From: a virus
Taxonomy: Duplodnaviria > Caudoviricetes
Strand: one strand, 5' to 3'
IMG/VR virus record: IMGVR_UViG_3300044611_001018
Length of the DNA stretch: 64,000 bases
Position 1 is the stretch's first letter. Each line of letters starts with the position of its first letter. This document shows, piece by piece, positions 37,748-47,326 of the stretch. The notes under the pieces were generated by a model that made no database searches, was not told the DNA's origin, and was given only the letters and a program-made list of their open reading frames with translations. The translations under genes were made by a program, and so were the position numbers.

Positions 37748-38390
37748 AACCCTGATGGTAATCTGGATTTTGTGGTTTTAAAGTAACACGAATATCACCA
37801 GGAATCACAAGACGTTCACCCTTTCTCTCAGTAAACTTTTGAGTAAAGTGCCCAATTTTACTTGGAAAAATTACTACACTACCCTCGATAGGGGTAATAC
37901 TATAAACATTACAATTATAACGATTATATCCAGTGATTAAATTCTTTTGTAGTGCCTCAGTGAACATATCACCAACACATTCATTAGGATTTTTTTCTTG
38001 TGCTACGCAAAATTTATCAGAAGTCTCATCAGTTTTAACATAATAAACAAAACTCAAATCTGATGCATTATGATTATGGGGTTTAATTGATGGTGTATCA
38101 TCATCTTTATGGTATCCAACCCAAGACTTGATGATATGATAATCAAGTTTTGAATAGTCCACATTAAGATATCCAAAATAATTATCTACATGACTGCGAA
38201 GTTCTTCAAAAAATGGACGATAAATCTCATTTTGGTGTGCAAAAATCCTACCAGAATACTCTGGACTTTCGTTTTGATAACCATCAAACCAATAATCACG
38301 AAGTTCTTCCAAGTAAATCTTAATTTTATCCTGGGACTCCACCATTCCCTGATAAACAATCAGAGGGAATGCTTCATGTACTCGGTGCAT
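37716..38390 (-). CDS. Putative 2OG-Fe(II) oxygenase (HxH type)
   Basis: KSW...IKPHNH...LSFVYYV...EGSVVIFPSKIGHF...RLVI. Confidence 0.75.
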   Translation of the reverse strand: MHRVHEAFPLIVYQGMVESQDKIKIYLEELRDYWFDGYQNESPEYSGRIFAHQNEIYRPFFEELRSHVDNYFGYLNVDYSKLDYHIIKSWVGYHKDDDTPSIKPHNHNASDLSFVYYVKTDETSDKFCVAQEKNPNECVGDMFTEALQKNLITGYNRYNCNVYSITPIEGSVVIFPSKIGHFTQKFTERKGERLVIPGDIRVTLKPQNPDYHQGSTHPSQWLQL

Positions 38391-39043
38391 TACTTACCGT
38401 TAATATTGTACTCTCTATTATCACCTGGATAGTCTGCTGGTGTCAAGCCACGATACTCAGAAATATTTTTGGTGGTGTCAATCCGTTCACCAAAAACAAC
38501 ATAATCACAATTAATAGCAGTTCCTGCATTATTCTTAACGTATATTCTATCTCCCCATTCAATCCTATCAACAAACAATTCTTGCCAGTGTCCATTAGGA
38601 GTTAAATTGATAACTAAAGTTTCCATATCAACAAAATCTTTCCAATAATCTGGCAATTGGATGTAAGACTCATTGACAAGTTTACCTTTTAAATAAACAT
38701 CTGCAGTAGGACCTTCAAGACAAATATATCTGAGACGATGGTCTTGTTTAGTTGGATGTTGAATATCAAAAGATTTCTTAGCATCCCAAACAGCAGCTTT
38801 TGCATTTAAAGACCCGACAGATGCTGTTTTAACGTCTTGTCCCTGAACAAGAGCATCTGCTTTTAGGTTACCAACTTTAACATTATAATGTATCCAAGGG
38901 GTACATGCTTCTACTGGATAATCTGGGTCACCAGTTGTTGACTTCAAAATATAATCATATTTTGAAGAAAATGGTCCTGTAATACCCTCGTCTTTACAAT
39001 TTGATTTATTCGTATTCTTTAAAATAAACTTTTCATCTGCCAT
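38390..39043 (-). CDS. Tail-associated protein with intramolecular-chaperone-like C-domain
   Basis: AKKSFDIQHPTK...LRYICLEGP...IQLPDYW...LTPNG. Confidence 0.6.
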   Translation of the reverse strand: MADEKFILKNTNKSNCKDEGITGPFSSKYDYILKSTTGDPDYPVEACTPWIHYNVKVGNLKADALVQGQDVKTASVGSLNAKAAVWDAKKSFDIQHPTKQDHRLRYICLEGPTADVYLKGKLVNESYIQLPDYWKDFVDMETLVINLTPNGHWQELFVDRIEWGDRIYVKNNAGTAINCDYVVFGERIDTTKNISEYRGLTPADYPGDNREYNINGK

Positions 39044-39045
39044 AA

Positions 39046-39816
39046 TTACCTCTTCGTATCATAGTGATATCCAGATACAGAATACTCATCATTATTACCA
39101 GGATAATCTGCAGGAGTTTGACCTTGATATTCTGGTATCAATCTCTCACCATCTTTGCGTTCACCAAAAACATGATAATGACAATCAATTGGTTTTGCAG
39201 CGTGAAGATATATTTTATTATCTTCTATCTTCTGAACAATAATACTTTGATGAGATCCAACTGGAGTAATAGAAACTGTAATTGAATCAACATCTACCAA
39301 TTCTCTCCAATAATCTGGAAGATCAATTATATTTAAATTCTTTAATTTACCTCTTATGTATACATCATTAGATGGGCCTTCTGGGCAAGTGTGGCGAAGT
39401 CTCCATCCATCTTTTGTAGGATGAGGGATATCAAAATTCTTTTTAGCGGAAAGAATATGTCCACCACAACGAGACATAACCTCACCTTGAGTAATTAAAT
39501 TGCCACCAACATTTACATTAGCGTTTGTATCAACAACGCCTAAAAATGCAGTTGATCCAGTAACAGCAAGAGAATATGGATTATTAATTCCTGTACACAA
39601 TGCCCCAGGTATTAATGGTGGTTTAAACAAATCAGAATTATTGCATTTTCCAATCATTACTGTAGCAGTAAGGAATGATGGAATTGCGCCAAAAACAGAA
39701 GGACCTTCCATAAATGAACCACCTCTAATTTGAAGCGGTCCTTTACCCAAAACAAGGGAAGGATCTCCTACACCAACATATAATGTTTTTTTAACTTCTA
39801 AATCAGGTACTTTCAT
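39046..39816 (-). CDS. Tail-associated protein with intramolecular-chaperone-like C-domain (paralogous domain)
   Basis: AKKNFDIPHPTK...LRHTCPEGP...IDLPDYW...ITPVG. Confidence 0.6.
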   Translation of the reverse strand: MKVPDLEVKKTLYVGVGDPSLVLGKGPLQIRGGSFMEGPSVFGAIPSFLTATVMIGKCNNSDLFKPPLIPGALCTGINNPYSLAVTGSTAFLGVVDTNANVNVGGNLITQGEVMSRCGGHILSAKKNFDIPHPTKDGWRLRHTCPEGPSNDVYIRGKLKNLNIIDLPDYWRELVDVDSITVSITPVGSHQSIIVQKIEDNKIYLHAAKPIDCHYHVFGERKDGERLIPEYQGQTPADYPGNNDEYSVSGYHYDTKR

Positions 39817-40403
39817 TAAATAAATCCTCCACCTTTTTGTTGTTCCTCAAAATCAGATATACCTTTAGATTTTTTCAATGTTGTACAAGAATCTGCACAA
39901 TCAATCAATCCACCATAAAAGTTTAGTGTTCCATTACCAACTATTTCCATTACGCCAGAAGAAAGGAATTTTGCTACAGAATCTCCATTTACTTCTATAT
40001 TTTTTGATCTAATATTAATTTTTTCATTTGATTCAATATTAATATATCCACTTTTATTGCCACTACCATTAGCAATCATATCAATATTTTTAGCTTCAAA
40101 CCTAATTCTGCCTAAAGGAGCAGCAATAACAATATCACCATCAGAAGCTCTTAAAATAAAAGAAGTATTATCTACTGGTTTTTCACCACACATAATTTGA
40201 TAAACACCAGGACAACGATTAATCGTAGATCCCGTCATTTTTCCAGAAGACATAAACATCATATAATGTTCTGATGGTTGTCCAGGATGACCATTTCTCA
40301 ACATAACACCAGCATAGGTGTTATTCATATTAATATGACCTAGTTTTAAATGCCCGTAATTGCTTCCCAATTCTATTGGGTTATGAAGTTGTGGTTTTCC
40401 CAT
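39816..40403 (-). CDS. Probable gp5 C-terminal beta-helix/spike-like protein
   Basis: Repeating short beta strands (NIDMIA, INIES, NIEVNG), directly after gp5. Confidence 0.5.
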   Translation of the reverse strand: MGKPQLHNPIELGSNYGHLKLGHINMNNTYAGVMLRNGHPGQPSEHYMMFMSSGKMTGSTINRCPGVYQIMCGEKPVDNTSFILRASDGDIVIAAPLGRIRFEAKNIDMIANGSGNKSGYINIESNEKINIRSKNIEVNGDSVAKFLSSGVMEIVGNGTLNFYGGLIDCADSCTTLKKSKGISDFEEQQKGGGFI

Positions 40404-42769
40404 TAATCAACTCTTCCTACACAATCGACAATTCTGATAACTTTAAACTTTTGCTCATCTGTTAATGTCCCTTCGGTGTCATCCCCAATTCTTCTTACAC
40501 AAAAAACTGGTGTAATAACAGCATTATATCCTGTCTCAGATTTAATGTAAATCTCTGGTCTTTCTACAAATCCATTTCCAGAATTAATAATTCTCAAAGA
40601 GGTTAAAACACCAAATGGTCCAAATGTAGCTTCAATTTCTGCACCAGAATTTGGTTCAATAACAACTTTATCTCCTGAAGAATAGTTAATTCCAGCATTT
40701 TCAATAACCAAATCACAAATATACAAGATTGCTGGATAACTTCCAATATTAATTACTGGGAATGCATCAAGTTCTGTTGCACCATTAGTACCTGTTCCAG
40801 GTATTGCTGTGATTCCAGTAGCATTTCCAATTTGATTTTCTGGAGGCAACCCAGCATCATTTTGATTATCACCACCAAATCCAGGAGGAGTAAGTCCAAT
40901 CACAGGCGCTACACCTTCCAATATTTGCTTATCTTCTGGTCTAATTACAACATCACCTTCTCTTTGAGGAATTTCTGTTCCTGGTGGATATTGTTCCCAT
41001 CTTCCATCGGGAGTCCTAATCACAGTATTTTCAGCTGGTGCCCAGACCCTACCATCACCACCCAAATCTCCATTAGGTCTTGTTGGATAATCTGCTCCAG
41101 GACTAGGAACAGCAACATTAACAACTTGATAAGTTGGTTGTCCAGTATTTGGATCTGTTCCTCCATCTGGTGCAATAATTGGAGTTGCATACGCCCCAGA
41201 ACCTTTACCACAATTATCACTAATGTCTATAAAAGGAGCTTTAGTATAACCAGATCCCCCAGCAATAATATCAACTCCTAAAATGTCTCCTGTTGCACTT
41301 AGGATTGCATTTCCTCTTGCACCACTTCCACCACCACCCCAAAAAGTAACAGTTGGAGGACCACAAAAAACAGGACCAACATTACACCCACTTGTTGCAC
41401 TAATTGCACTATTAATTAATCCACTAAAATCAACTGCTGCTGCAATAGTATCAACTACACCAGTCGCACTACCAACCAATCCACTAACTTGAGATGCTAT
41501 TCCTTGAGCAGAATTAATAATGGAATTAATATCAAAAATTGCTGCTGGTTTCCCACCTTCAAAAATATTCCATTCTTTTGTTTCTGGACACTCCTGTTCT
41601 TCTTCACAAGCAAAAAATCCAGCCAATGCTTTTAAAAGATTTAAAATTGAATTAGCAATACTGAATGCTCCTCCAATTAAACCAGATACAGAACTAATAA
41701 TAGAATCAACAGCACCTGCGATTCTTCCAATTGTATTTCCTAATAAGTCGGCAACAAAATTTTGAACAGCACAAGCAGGAACATTGATATAACGATTAAA
41801 GATTTGATTAAGAAAATTACCAATCATCTTAAAAAGATTTGAAATCAATTTATTAAATAGACAAGTAATCAACTCCATGAGGGCATCATGCCCTTTTTTG
41901 GCTTTGTCTCTATCGGGTGGATTTATATTCTCATATAATTTTTTAGTTTCTTTATTAATTTTCTCTTCGACAAATTTACGGATTTCTTTAAATACCCATT
42001 TTAAACCTTCAGCAATAAACTCTTGTGCTTTTTGAGTTTTTTCCTGAATCCATTTTTGCTTATCAGAAATCCATCCTTGAGCAGAAGATTCCCACTCTGA
42101 TAATTGTTTTTGAGCCTTTTCAATCTTTTGAATCAACTCCTGCATAGACTTCATAATTCCAGTTAATGGAATTTTTTCACAGTCTGTAGGGGATGCAACA
42201 CCAAAAGTATATTCTTGAACAACAGATTTATCGCTTATTCCCCAAAGGTTTGCATTAAATGTTGTTTCTAGTGGAAGACCTTTTACTAATGGAACATTAA
42301 AAGCTGCTACAATATCTTTTTCTCCATACCCACTATAAGATTCAAATCCATTCTGACCTTGAGTTCTTTTAATAGGAACTTCTTCGTTATTCCCTAAAGT
42401 ACCTAAAATTATAGGATTATTTAATTTTGAAATATCTCCCCAAATACCATAAACTCTAGACCCCTGAGTTATTCCACCAATTAAACCAGCTCCTTGATGA
42501 CCACTTCCAGCAGACCCCATTCTAACCTCTGCCCATGGAAGTTGATCATCTGGGAGAAGTTTTTTATCAGCTGGATGAACATTTTGTATCCTGACTTTTA
42601 CTCTTTTTCCCCAATTTTCAAGTTGTTTAGGATTTGTAATTCCTTTTTCTTGAGAATCAGTGCTCCATGTTTCTCTTGGCGCAACAATACCTTCCCACCA
42701 ATATTTTACAAGTGGATCTTTAAGAAAGTTGTAAGGTACATCTAAAGCAGCAGAATGTGAAAATGTCAT
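40403..42769 (-). CDS. gp5: Baseplate hub subunit gp5-like (OB-fold N-terminus, no T4 lysozyme domain seen)
   Basis: WWEGIV...GKRVKVRI...DDQLPWAEV...GSRVYGIW; later GxGY structural repeats. Confidence 0.75.
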   Translation of the reverse strand: MTFSHSAALDVPYNFLKDPLVKYWWEGIVAPRETWSTDSQEKGITNPKQLENWGKRVKVRIQNVHPADKKLLPDDQLPWAEVRMGSAGSGHQGAGLIGGITQGSRVYGIWGDISKLNNPIILGTLGNNEEVPIKRTQGQNGFESYSGYGEKDIVAAFNVPLVKGLPLETTFNANLWGISDKSVVQEYTFGVASPTDCEKIPLTGIMKSMQELIQKIEKAQKQLSEWESSAQGWISDKQKWIQEKTQKAQEFIAEGLKWVFKEIRKFVEEKINKETKKLYENINPPDRDKAKKGHDALMELITCLFNKLISNLFKMIGNFLNQIFNRYINVPACAVQNFVADLLGNTIGRIAGAVDSIISSVSGLIGGAFSIANSILNLLKALAGFFACEEEQECPETKEWNIFEGGKPAAIFDINSIINSAQGIASQVSGLVGSATGVVDTIAAAVDFSGLINSAISATSGCNVGPVFCGPPTVTFWGGGGSGARGNAILSATGDILGVDIIAGGSGYTKAPFIDISDNCGKGSGAYATPIIAPDGGTDPNTGQPTYQVVNVAVPSPGADYPTRPNGDLGGDGRVWAPAENTVIRTPDGRWEQYPPGTEIPQREGDVVIRPEDKQILEGVAPVIGLTPPGFGGDNQNDAGLPPENQIGNATGITAIPGTGTNGATELDAFPVINIGSYPAILYICDLVIENAGINYSSGDKVVIEPNSGAEIEATFGPFGVLTSLRIINSGNGFVERPEIYIKSETGYNAVITPVFCVRRIGDDTEGTLTDEQKFKVIRIVDCVGRVD

Positions 42770-42773
42770 CTAT

Positions 42774-42986
42774 TCAATCATCATATACTTTACATTCTAA
42801 TGCATGTGGATGAGAGTCACAATATAATTCCAATGATGTAGGATCATGGTCATCTTCTGGGTGACGTTGTTGATATGCCTCTAGATCCCTCAATTCTTCC
42901 TCAGTATGGCGACGCCTTTGTGGAGAAATAGTAGGATCATCAAGAATCATTTTATCATTGTCAATATGTTGTTGAATGTTATCCAT
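42774..42986 (-). CDS. cp12: CP12 Calvin-cycle inhibitor
   Basis: SPQRRRHTEEELRDLE...PTSLELYCDSHPHALECKVYDD (C-terminal Cys-x8-Cys). Confidence 0.9.
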   Translation of the reverse strand: MDNIQQHIDNDKMILDDPTISPQRRRHTEEELRDLEAYQQRHPEDDHDPTSLELYCDSHPHALECKVYDD

Positions 42987-42995
42987 TTAATTAAC

Positions 42996-44297
42996 CTATC
43001 TTGGTTTTCTACCGTAAGAATCTCTAACTAATGTCATTTTAGTTAAACATGCCTTAGGTGTCAAGTAATGACATATATCTGATATGATATATATGCCACT
43101 TAATTCTTTATTTGCTATCATTTCTTTCTTTCCAGATTGCTCTGGAAAATCACAATGTACAATTTGACCTGCCCTTAAACTAAAATCTCCTGGGATACTT
43201 ATCTCAACAGACAAAGTAAACAGTTTATTATAAGTCATTCCAGATTGAACTATTGTTCTTGCTGACTCCAAATTTTCTTCCTTTCTTTTTTCAAGTTGCC
43301 TTCCTTTATTTCCAGATGGCGTTTGTCCTACATCCATTCTATGGCTATACCTTCTAGTATATTCACCATAAACACTAAAGTCTGAAGAAATTTTGGGGAA
43401 TTCTTGCCCACCTCTTGGTTTTTGATCCTCATTACCAACTTCTTTTGCTTTTGGACTAAAGGATTGTGTATATGGATTAAAAGTTTCTAGTCTGCCACCA
43501 TATGCTCCAGAATCCAAATTCTTTTGAACATCTATTGTTTTTAACGATTTATAGTTAATAATTTTAGAATCATATCCTTGTGGTAATAATGTTGAATCGT
43601 TGTAGATGAATTTTTTCTTAGGACTTCCAGCAAATAATTTATCAATCGCTCTAAAATTAAATCCATCATAAGTTTCAAAGATTAGATATCCAGCAGAAGA
43701 CTTCGCTCCTTGAGGAACTCCCATTGTTCCAACTTCCGCTATCAAATCAAATGGTTTTTTACCAGACCCATAAAAATTATATTTGTTTTCTGTAGGGTCA
43801 CTTATAATATTTTTTTTAGTTTTTAAAATTTCTTTTAAAATAATACTAACTGATTGTGAGATTTCACCATCAAATCTCTGATATACTTCTGACTTTAAAA
43901 AATCATTTGCTAAAATTTCTTTTGAGCAAAGATCAATTGTATAAATCATCTGCTCAGATGATGATAATATATTTGAAATTTTGCTAATGTAAAGTGCGTT
44001 ATTTCCAGTAAATTTTAATGTGTTGTTATCATTATCATTAAAAGTTACTTCAACCCTTTCAAATCCAGATAATTTAAGTTTATATAAAATTGCAATATCA
44101 TCAGATTTTCCTTCATTATGTCCAGAATCCAAAACTATCAAAGAAAATCTAACAGAATTATCCAATATACTTTCAAAATATGAAAAATCCACAATACCGC
44201 CAGATATATCAGCAGTCCCACTGCCTCTATTAGAATGAATGAGACATTTTGATATATTACCTGATTCTGCTTTTGTATTTGGAGTATTACCAGCCAT
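42996..44297 (-). CDS. Baseplate hub protein, gp27/late-control-D-like
   Basis: DFSYFESIL, FYGSGKKPF, LIFETYDGFNF, IPGDFSLRAGQIV...SGIYIISDICH. Confidence 0.65.
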   Translation of the reverse strand: MAGNTPNTKAESGNISKCLIHSNRGSGTADISGGIVDFSYFESILDNSVRFSLIVLDSGHNEGKSDDIAILYKLKLSGFERVEVTFNDNDNNTLKFTGNNALYISKISNILSSSEQMIYTIDLCSKEILANDFLKSEVYQRFDGEISQSVSIILKEILKTKKNIISDPTENKYNFYGSGKKPFDLIAEVGTMGVPQGAKSSAGYLIFETYDGFNFRAIDKLFAGSPKKKFIYNDSTLLPQGYDSKIINYKSLKTIDVQKNLDSGAYGGRLETFNPYTQSFSPKAKEVGNEDQKPRGGQEFPKISSDFSVYGEYTRRYSHRMDVGQTPSGNKGRQLEKRKEENLESARTIVQSGMTYNKLFTLSVEISIPGDFSLRAGQIVHCDFPEQSGKKEMIANKELSGIYIISDICHYLTPKACLTKMTLVRDSYGRKPR

Positions 44298-44319
44298 TTT
44301 TGAAAGTTATATTTACTAT

Positions 44320-47300
44320 TTAACCAACTTCTACAATAAAAATATGAGTTGTCCCATCAGTATCATATGAAGCACGTTGGTTTAATGCCGCAATATTACC
44401 AGAATTTGGTCTATTTGTTGATATTGACGCTTGTGTTCCAAAAGCAGATGGGTGATTTTTTTTAACGGCATCATAATATGCTTTATCAACAGGTTTTCCA
44501 TTTTTAAAATATTTTCCACCTTCCCTTTCAGTGTAAGTTGTACCCCCAACATTGCTAGAACGTATCACTCTTCCCAACTGTGCTGGTTGAGATCTTGGTG
44601 GTTGAGATGAAGTTCCTATTCCCAGAACTCTTCTGACTTCCGCACTAAATTGTTTTTCCCCTGAAGAATTATCTGAATATCCTTTTTGAACTCCACCACC
44701 ACTAGGTTTATAAAGAGGAACATCAATTGCAAGATTTGAACCATGATAACCACGGTCTCCAGGTCTATATTCACTACCAATCTCAAATCCAGCTGCTCTT
44801 AATGCTGATTTTGCTCTCTCTTTATCCGCTTCTGTTCTAAATGCAATATGTTCATGATATTTAAGTCCCCCGTGACCACCTGGGTCATAATTTGACCCTT
44901 GAGTAGAATCACCAGTAATATATTCAACAGCATTAAAAAGTCCAGGTGTTGGTGGTTTATATCCAGATGAACTAGCTGTAGGATAAACAACAACCTGACC
45001 AGATCTGCGTCCAATATCAGGATTTCTTCCTGTTATATCAGCAATAAATTGTTTATTTAGATTCTCGTGTGCATTATTTGGATCATAAGCATTACCTTTA
45101 ACTGGTTTGCTATGAGCACCTCTTTCAAATTTATTATAAAAAATACTTGCCGCTTCTTCTGGACTTGAGGCAGACTTTAATTCTCCAGCGATTCCATGAT
45201 TGTTAATATCTATTGCAATATATTGTGCCTGAACATTTCTATTATAGGGGTCTAATCCTCTATCTTGCGCCCATTTTACAAATTTAGGCCATCTATGATT
45301 CCTATCCCATTGAACCATTCCTTCATAACTAGGATTATCAGGGGTTGCAGTTCTATACCCACTCTCTCGTCTTATATTTGCAACAATACCAATTGCTGCA
45401 TTTTTTCCATAAATTGCTGCAAAATAATCTAACAAGTCCGCTTCTATTTGGGCATTAGACCCACCACGAAGTCTTGCTCCAGGGGCACCTCCTCCAGGTT
45501 GAGTTGGATCTGTACGAGGAGTGGTTTTAATATTTAAAATAGCATTTAATACACTTAAATCTCTAGAAAGAGCATTTTCAATACCCTTCATCAATCCAAG
45601 TATAGATTCATTCTTTCGTTTTATATCTCTATTATCACTTAAAACTTCACCACCAGATGATAATGCTTGAATTGCTCTTGCAATTTCATTAGATATAGAA
45701 TTGGAAGATGAATCTTGTACAGAAGCAAACAAACTCGCAAATGCTTTTGCAACATTTCTTTGACTTGTTTTAGATGGTCTATGTCCCAACATTAAATCAA
45801 TACCCATTGACATAATCTTAGAAAAAACTGATGTCTTGGGTTGTTTTAATTTTTCAGCAGCAGATACTAAATTACGAACTGGTTGTTTATTAAAATCTGT
45901 TGTAGCATATAAATCTTTTATTTTTTTCTGACCAGTTGTTAATCCTGGTGTAGTTTTATCAACTTTTAATTTTGTAATTGGTACTGCTTTACTTTTTTTC
46001 TTTTTTCCATATTTTAATCCTGGATCACGTCTACTTTTATCTCCTACTCTACCACCTCTTGCTCTGCCTTCAATCTTATCTGGAGACGATTTTGTAATTA
46101 CATTATAAAGACTAGCTCCAATTTGGTCGCCAATCAATCCACCAATAATTCCACCAATTGTAGCACCAGCAGCTCCTCCAATTAAATTACCAACTACTGG
46201 AACCACAGATCCAGCAACAGTTCCAACAGTTCCACCCAACCAAGCACCAAGAGCCTGTCCAACACCAGCACCTACTGCACCTGCTGCAGCTTTACCTAGA
46301 GGTTCTTTAAAAACTAAAGACCTAATACCAAAATCAATTAGTGGTCCTACAATTGGAATTCTTCCAGCAATTCTTCCAACATTTTTACCAGCAATTTTAG
46401 TCGCTCCACGCTGAACTAATCTTTGGTCTAGTCCTTGAGTAGGTCTGGGTGTTTGACCCCTAAGTTTTCTTAAATTCCTATTACCAAATCTATCTCCATA
46501 TTGATTATCACCAAACCTTCTTCTATATCTCTCTTGTGTTCTTGCATTAACCCTTCTACCAGACCTATCAAAACCTCGTCTTTCTGGTCCCTTAAATCTT
46601 TTATCTTTAAGTGGGTCTTCGCCACCCATAGATGCCATTCCCGCAATAATTGCGAGATTCATAAACTTAGTAAAAGTACTTGTAAACTCAGTAAACTTTT
46701 TCTCACCATCATCACCAAATAATTCTTTAATTTTAGATTGAGCCCCATCTACAAGTTTATATCCAAGATCTATTGTCGTAACAAACTTATCAAACATTCC
46801 TTTAACAAAATCTTCTATAAATGCAGTTACTGGTTTTATATAATCCAAAAACTCAACCAACTTTGGCAGTAATCTGAATATTCTTAAGACTAAAAATCCT
46901 GTAAAGATAGTTCCCAAAAACTGCTTTATTCTATCAATAATACTCATTCCTGGGATAGGAATATTTGGTAGTCCTGGTCCCCTTTTCTTTTCTTTTTTTT
47001 GTTCTAACTTATCTTCTTGTTCTTTTCTCTTTTTATTTTCATCTTGTTTTGCACGAAGTTGTACTTTTTTAACGTTAATTTTAATTGTTTTCTTAAGTAT
47101 ATCTTCTATCTTAACTACTTTTTCACGTATAACTTTAATATCTTCAACAACTTGCCTTTCAGGATCGGACAAATCTTCATTATTAATTTGTTGCGATAAA
47201 TCTACAGTTTGCTTATATTCTGTATTCTTAACAGGGACCAAAAACATTTTTGGTTGAGAAACCTTTGCAACCCTTCCACCTTCATCTGATGCATTTAATA

Positions 47301-47325
47301 ATTTTTTAGCGTCAATAAATGCCAT
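44320..47325 (-). CDS. Tail tape-measure/hub-like protein with Phage_lysozyme2-like and M15-like (H-x6-D) domains
   Basis: Coiled-coil/Gly-rich N-half; GIVANIRRESG...GMVQW...FYNKFER; GYHGSNLAIDVP. Confidence 0.65.
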   Translation of the reverse strand: MAFIDAKKLLNASDEGGRVAKVSQPKMFLVPVKNTEYKQTVDLSQQINNEDLSDPERQVVEDIKVIREKVVKIEDILKKTIKINVKKVQLRAKQDENKKRKEQEDKLEQKKEKKRGPGLPNIPIPGMSIIDRIKQFLGTIFTGFLVLRIFRLLPKLVEFLDYIKPVTAFIEDFVKGMFDKFVTTIDLGYKLVDGAQSKIKELFGDDGEKKFTEFTSTFTKFMNLAIIAGMASMGGEDPLKDKRFKGPERRGFDRSGRRVNARTQERYRRRFGDNQYGDRFGNRNLRKLRGQTPRPTQGLDQRLVQRGATKIAGKNVGRIAGRIPIVGPLIDFGIRSLVFKEPLGKAAAGAVGAGVGQALGAWLGGTVGTVAGSVVPVVGNLIGGAAGATIGGIIGGLIGDQIGASLYNVITKSSPDKIEGRARGGRVGDKSRRDPGLKYGKKKKSKAVPITKLKVDKTTPGLTTGQKKIKDLYATTDFNKQPVRNLVSAAEKLKQPKTSVFSKIMSMGIDLMLGHRPSKTSQRNVAKAFASLFASVQDSSSNSISNEIARAIQALSSGGEVLSDNRDIKRKNESILGLMKGIENALSRDLSVLNAILNIKTTPRTDPTQPGGGAPGARLRGGSNAQIEADLLDYFAAIYGKNAAIGIVANIRRESGYRTATPDNPSYEGMVQWDRNHRWPKFVKWAQDRGLDPYNRNVQAQYIAIDINNHGIAGELKSASSPEEAASIFYNKFERGAHSKPVKGNAYDPNNAHENLNKQFIADITGRNPDIGRRSGQVVVYPTASSSGYKPPTPGLFNAVEYITGDSTQGSNYDPGGHGGLKYHEHIAFRTEADKERAKSALRAAGFEIGSEYRPGDRGYHGSNLAIDVPLYKPSGGGVQKGYSDNSSGEKQFSAEVRRVLGIGTSSQPPRSQPAQLGRVIRSSNVGGTTYTEREGGKYFKNGKPVDKAYYDAVKKNHPSAFGTQASISTNRPNSGNIAALNQRASYDTDGTTHIFIVEVG

Positions 47326-47326
47326 C

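Noticed and set aside
40403-42769. T4-type lysozyme domain inside gp5
   Set aside because: The middle region is helical/coiled-coil with GxGY repeats; no lysozyme catalytic motif was recognised.
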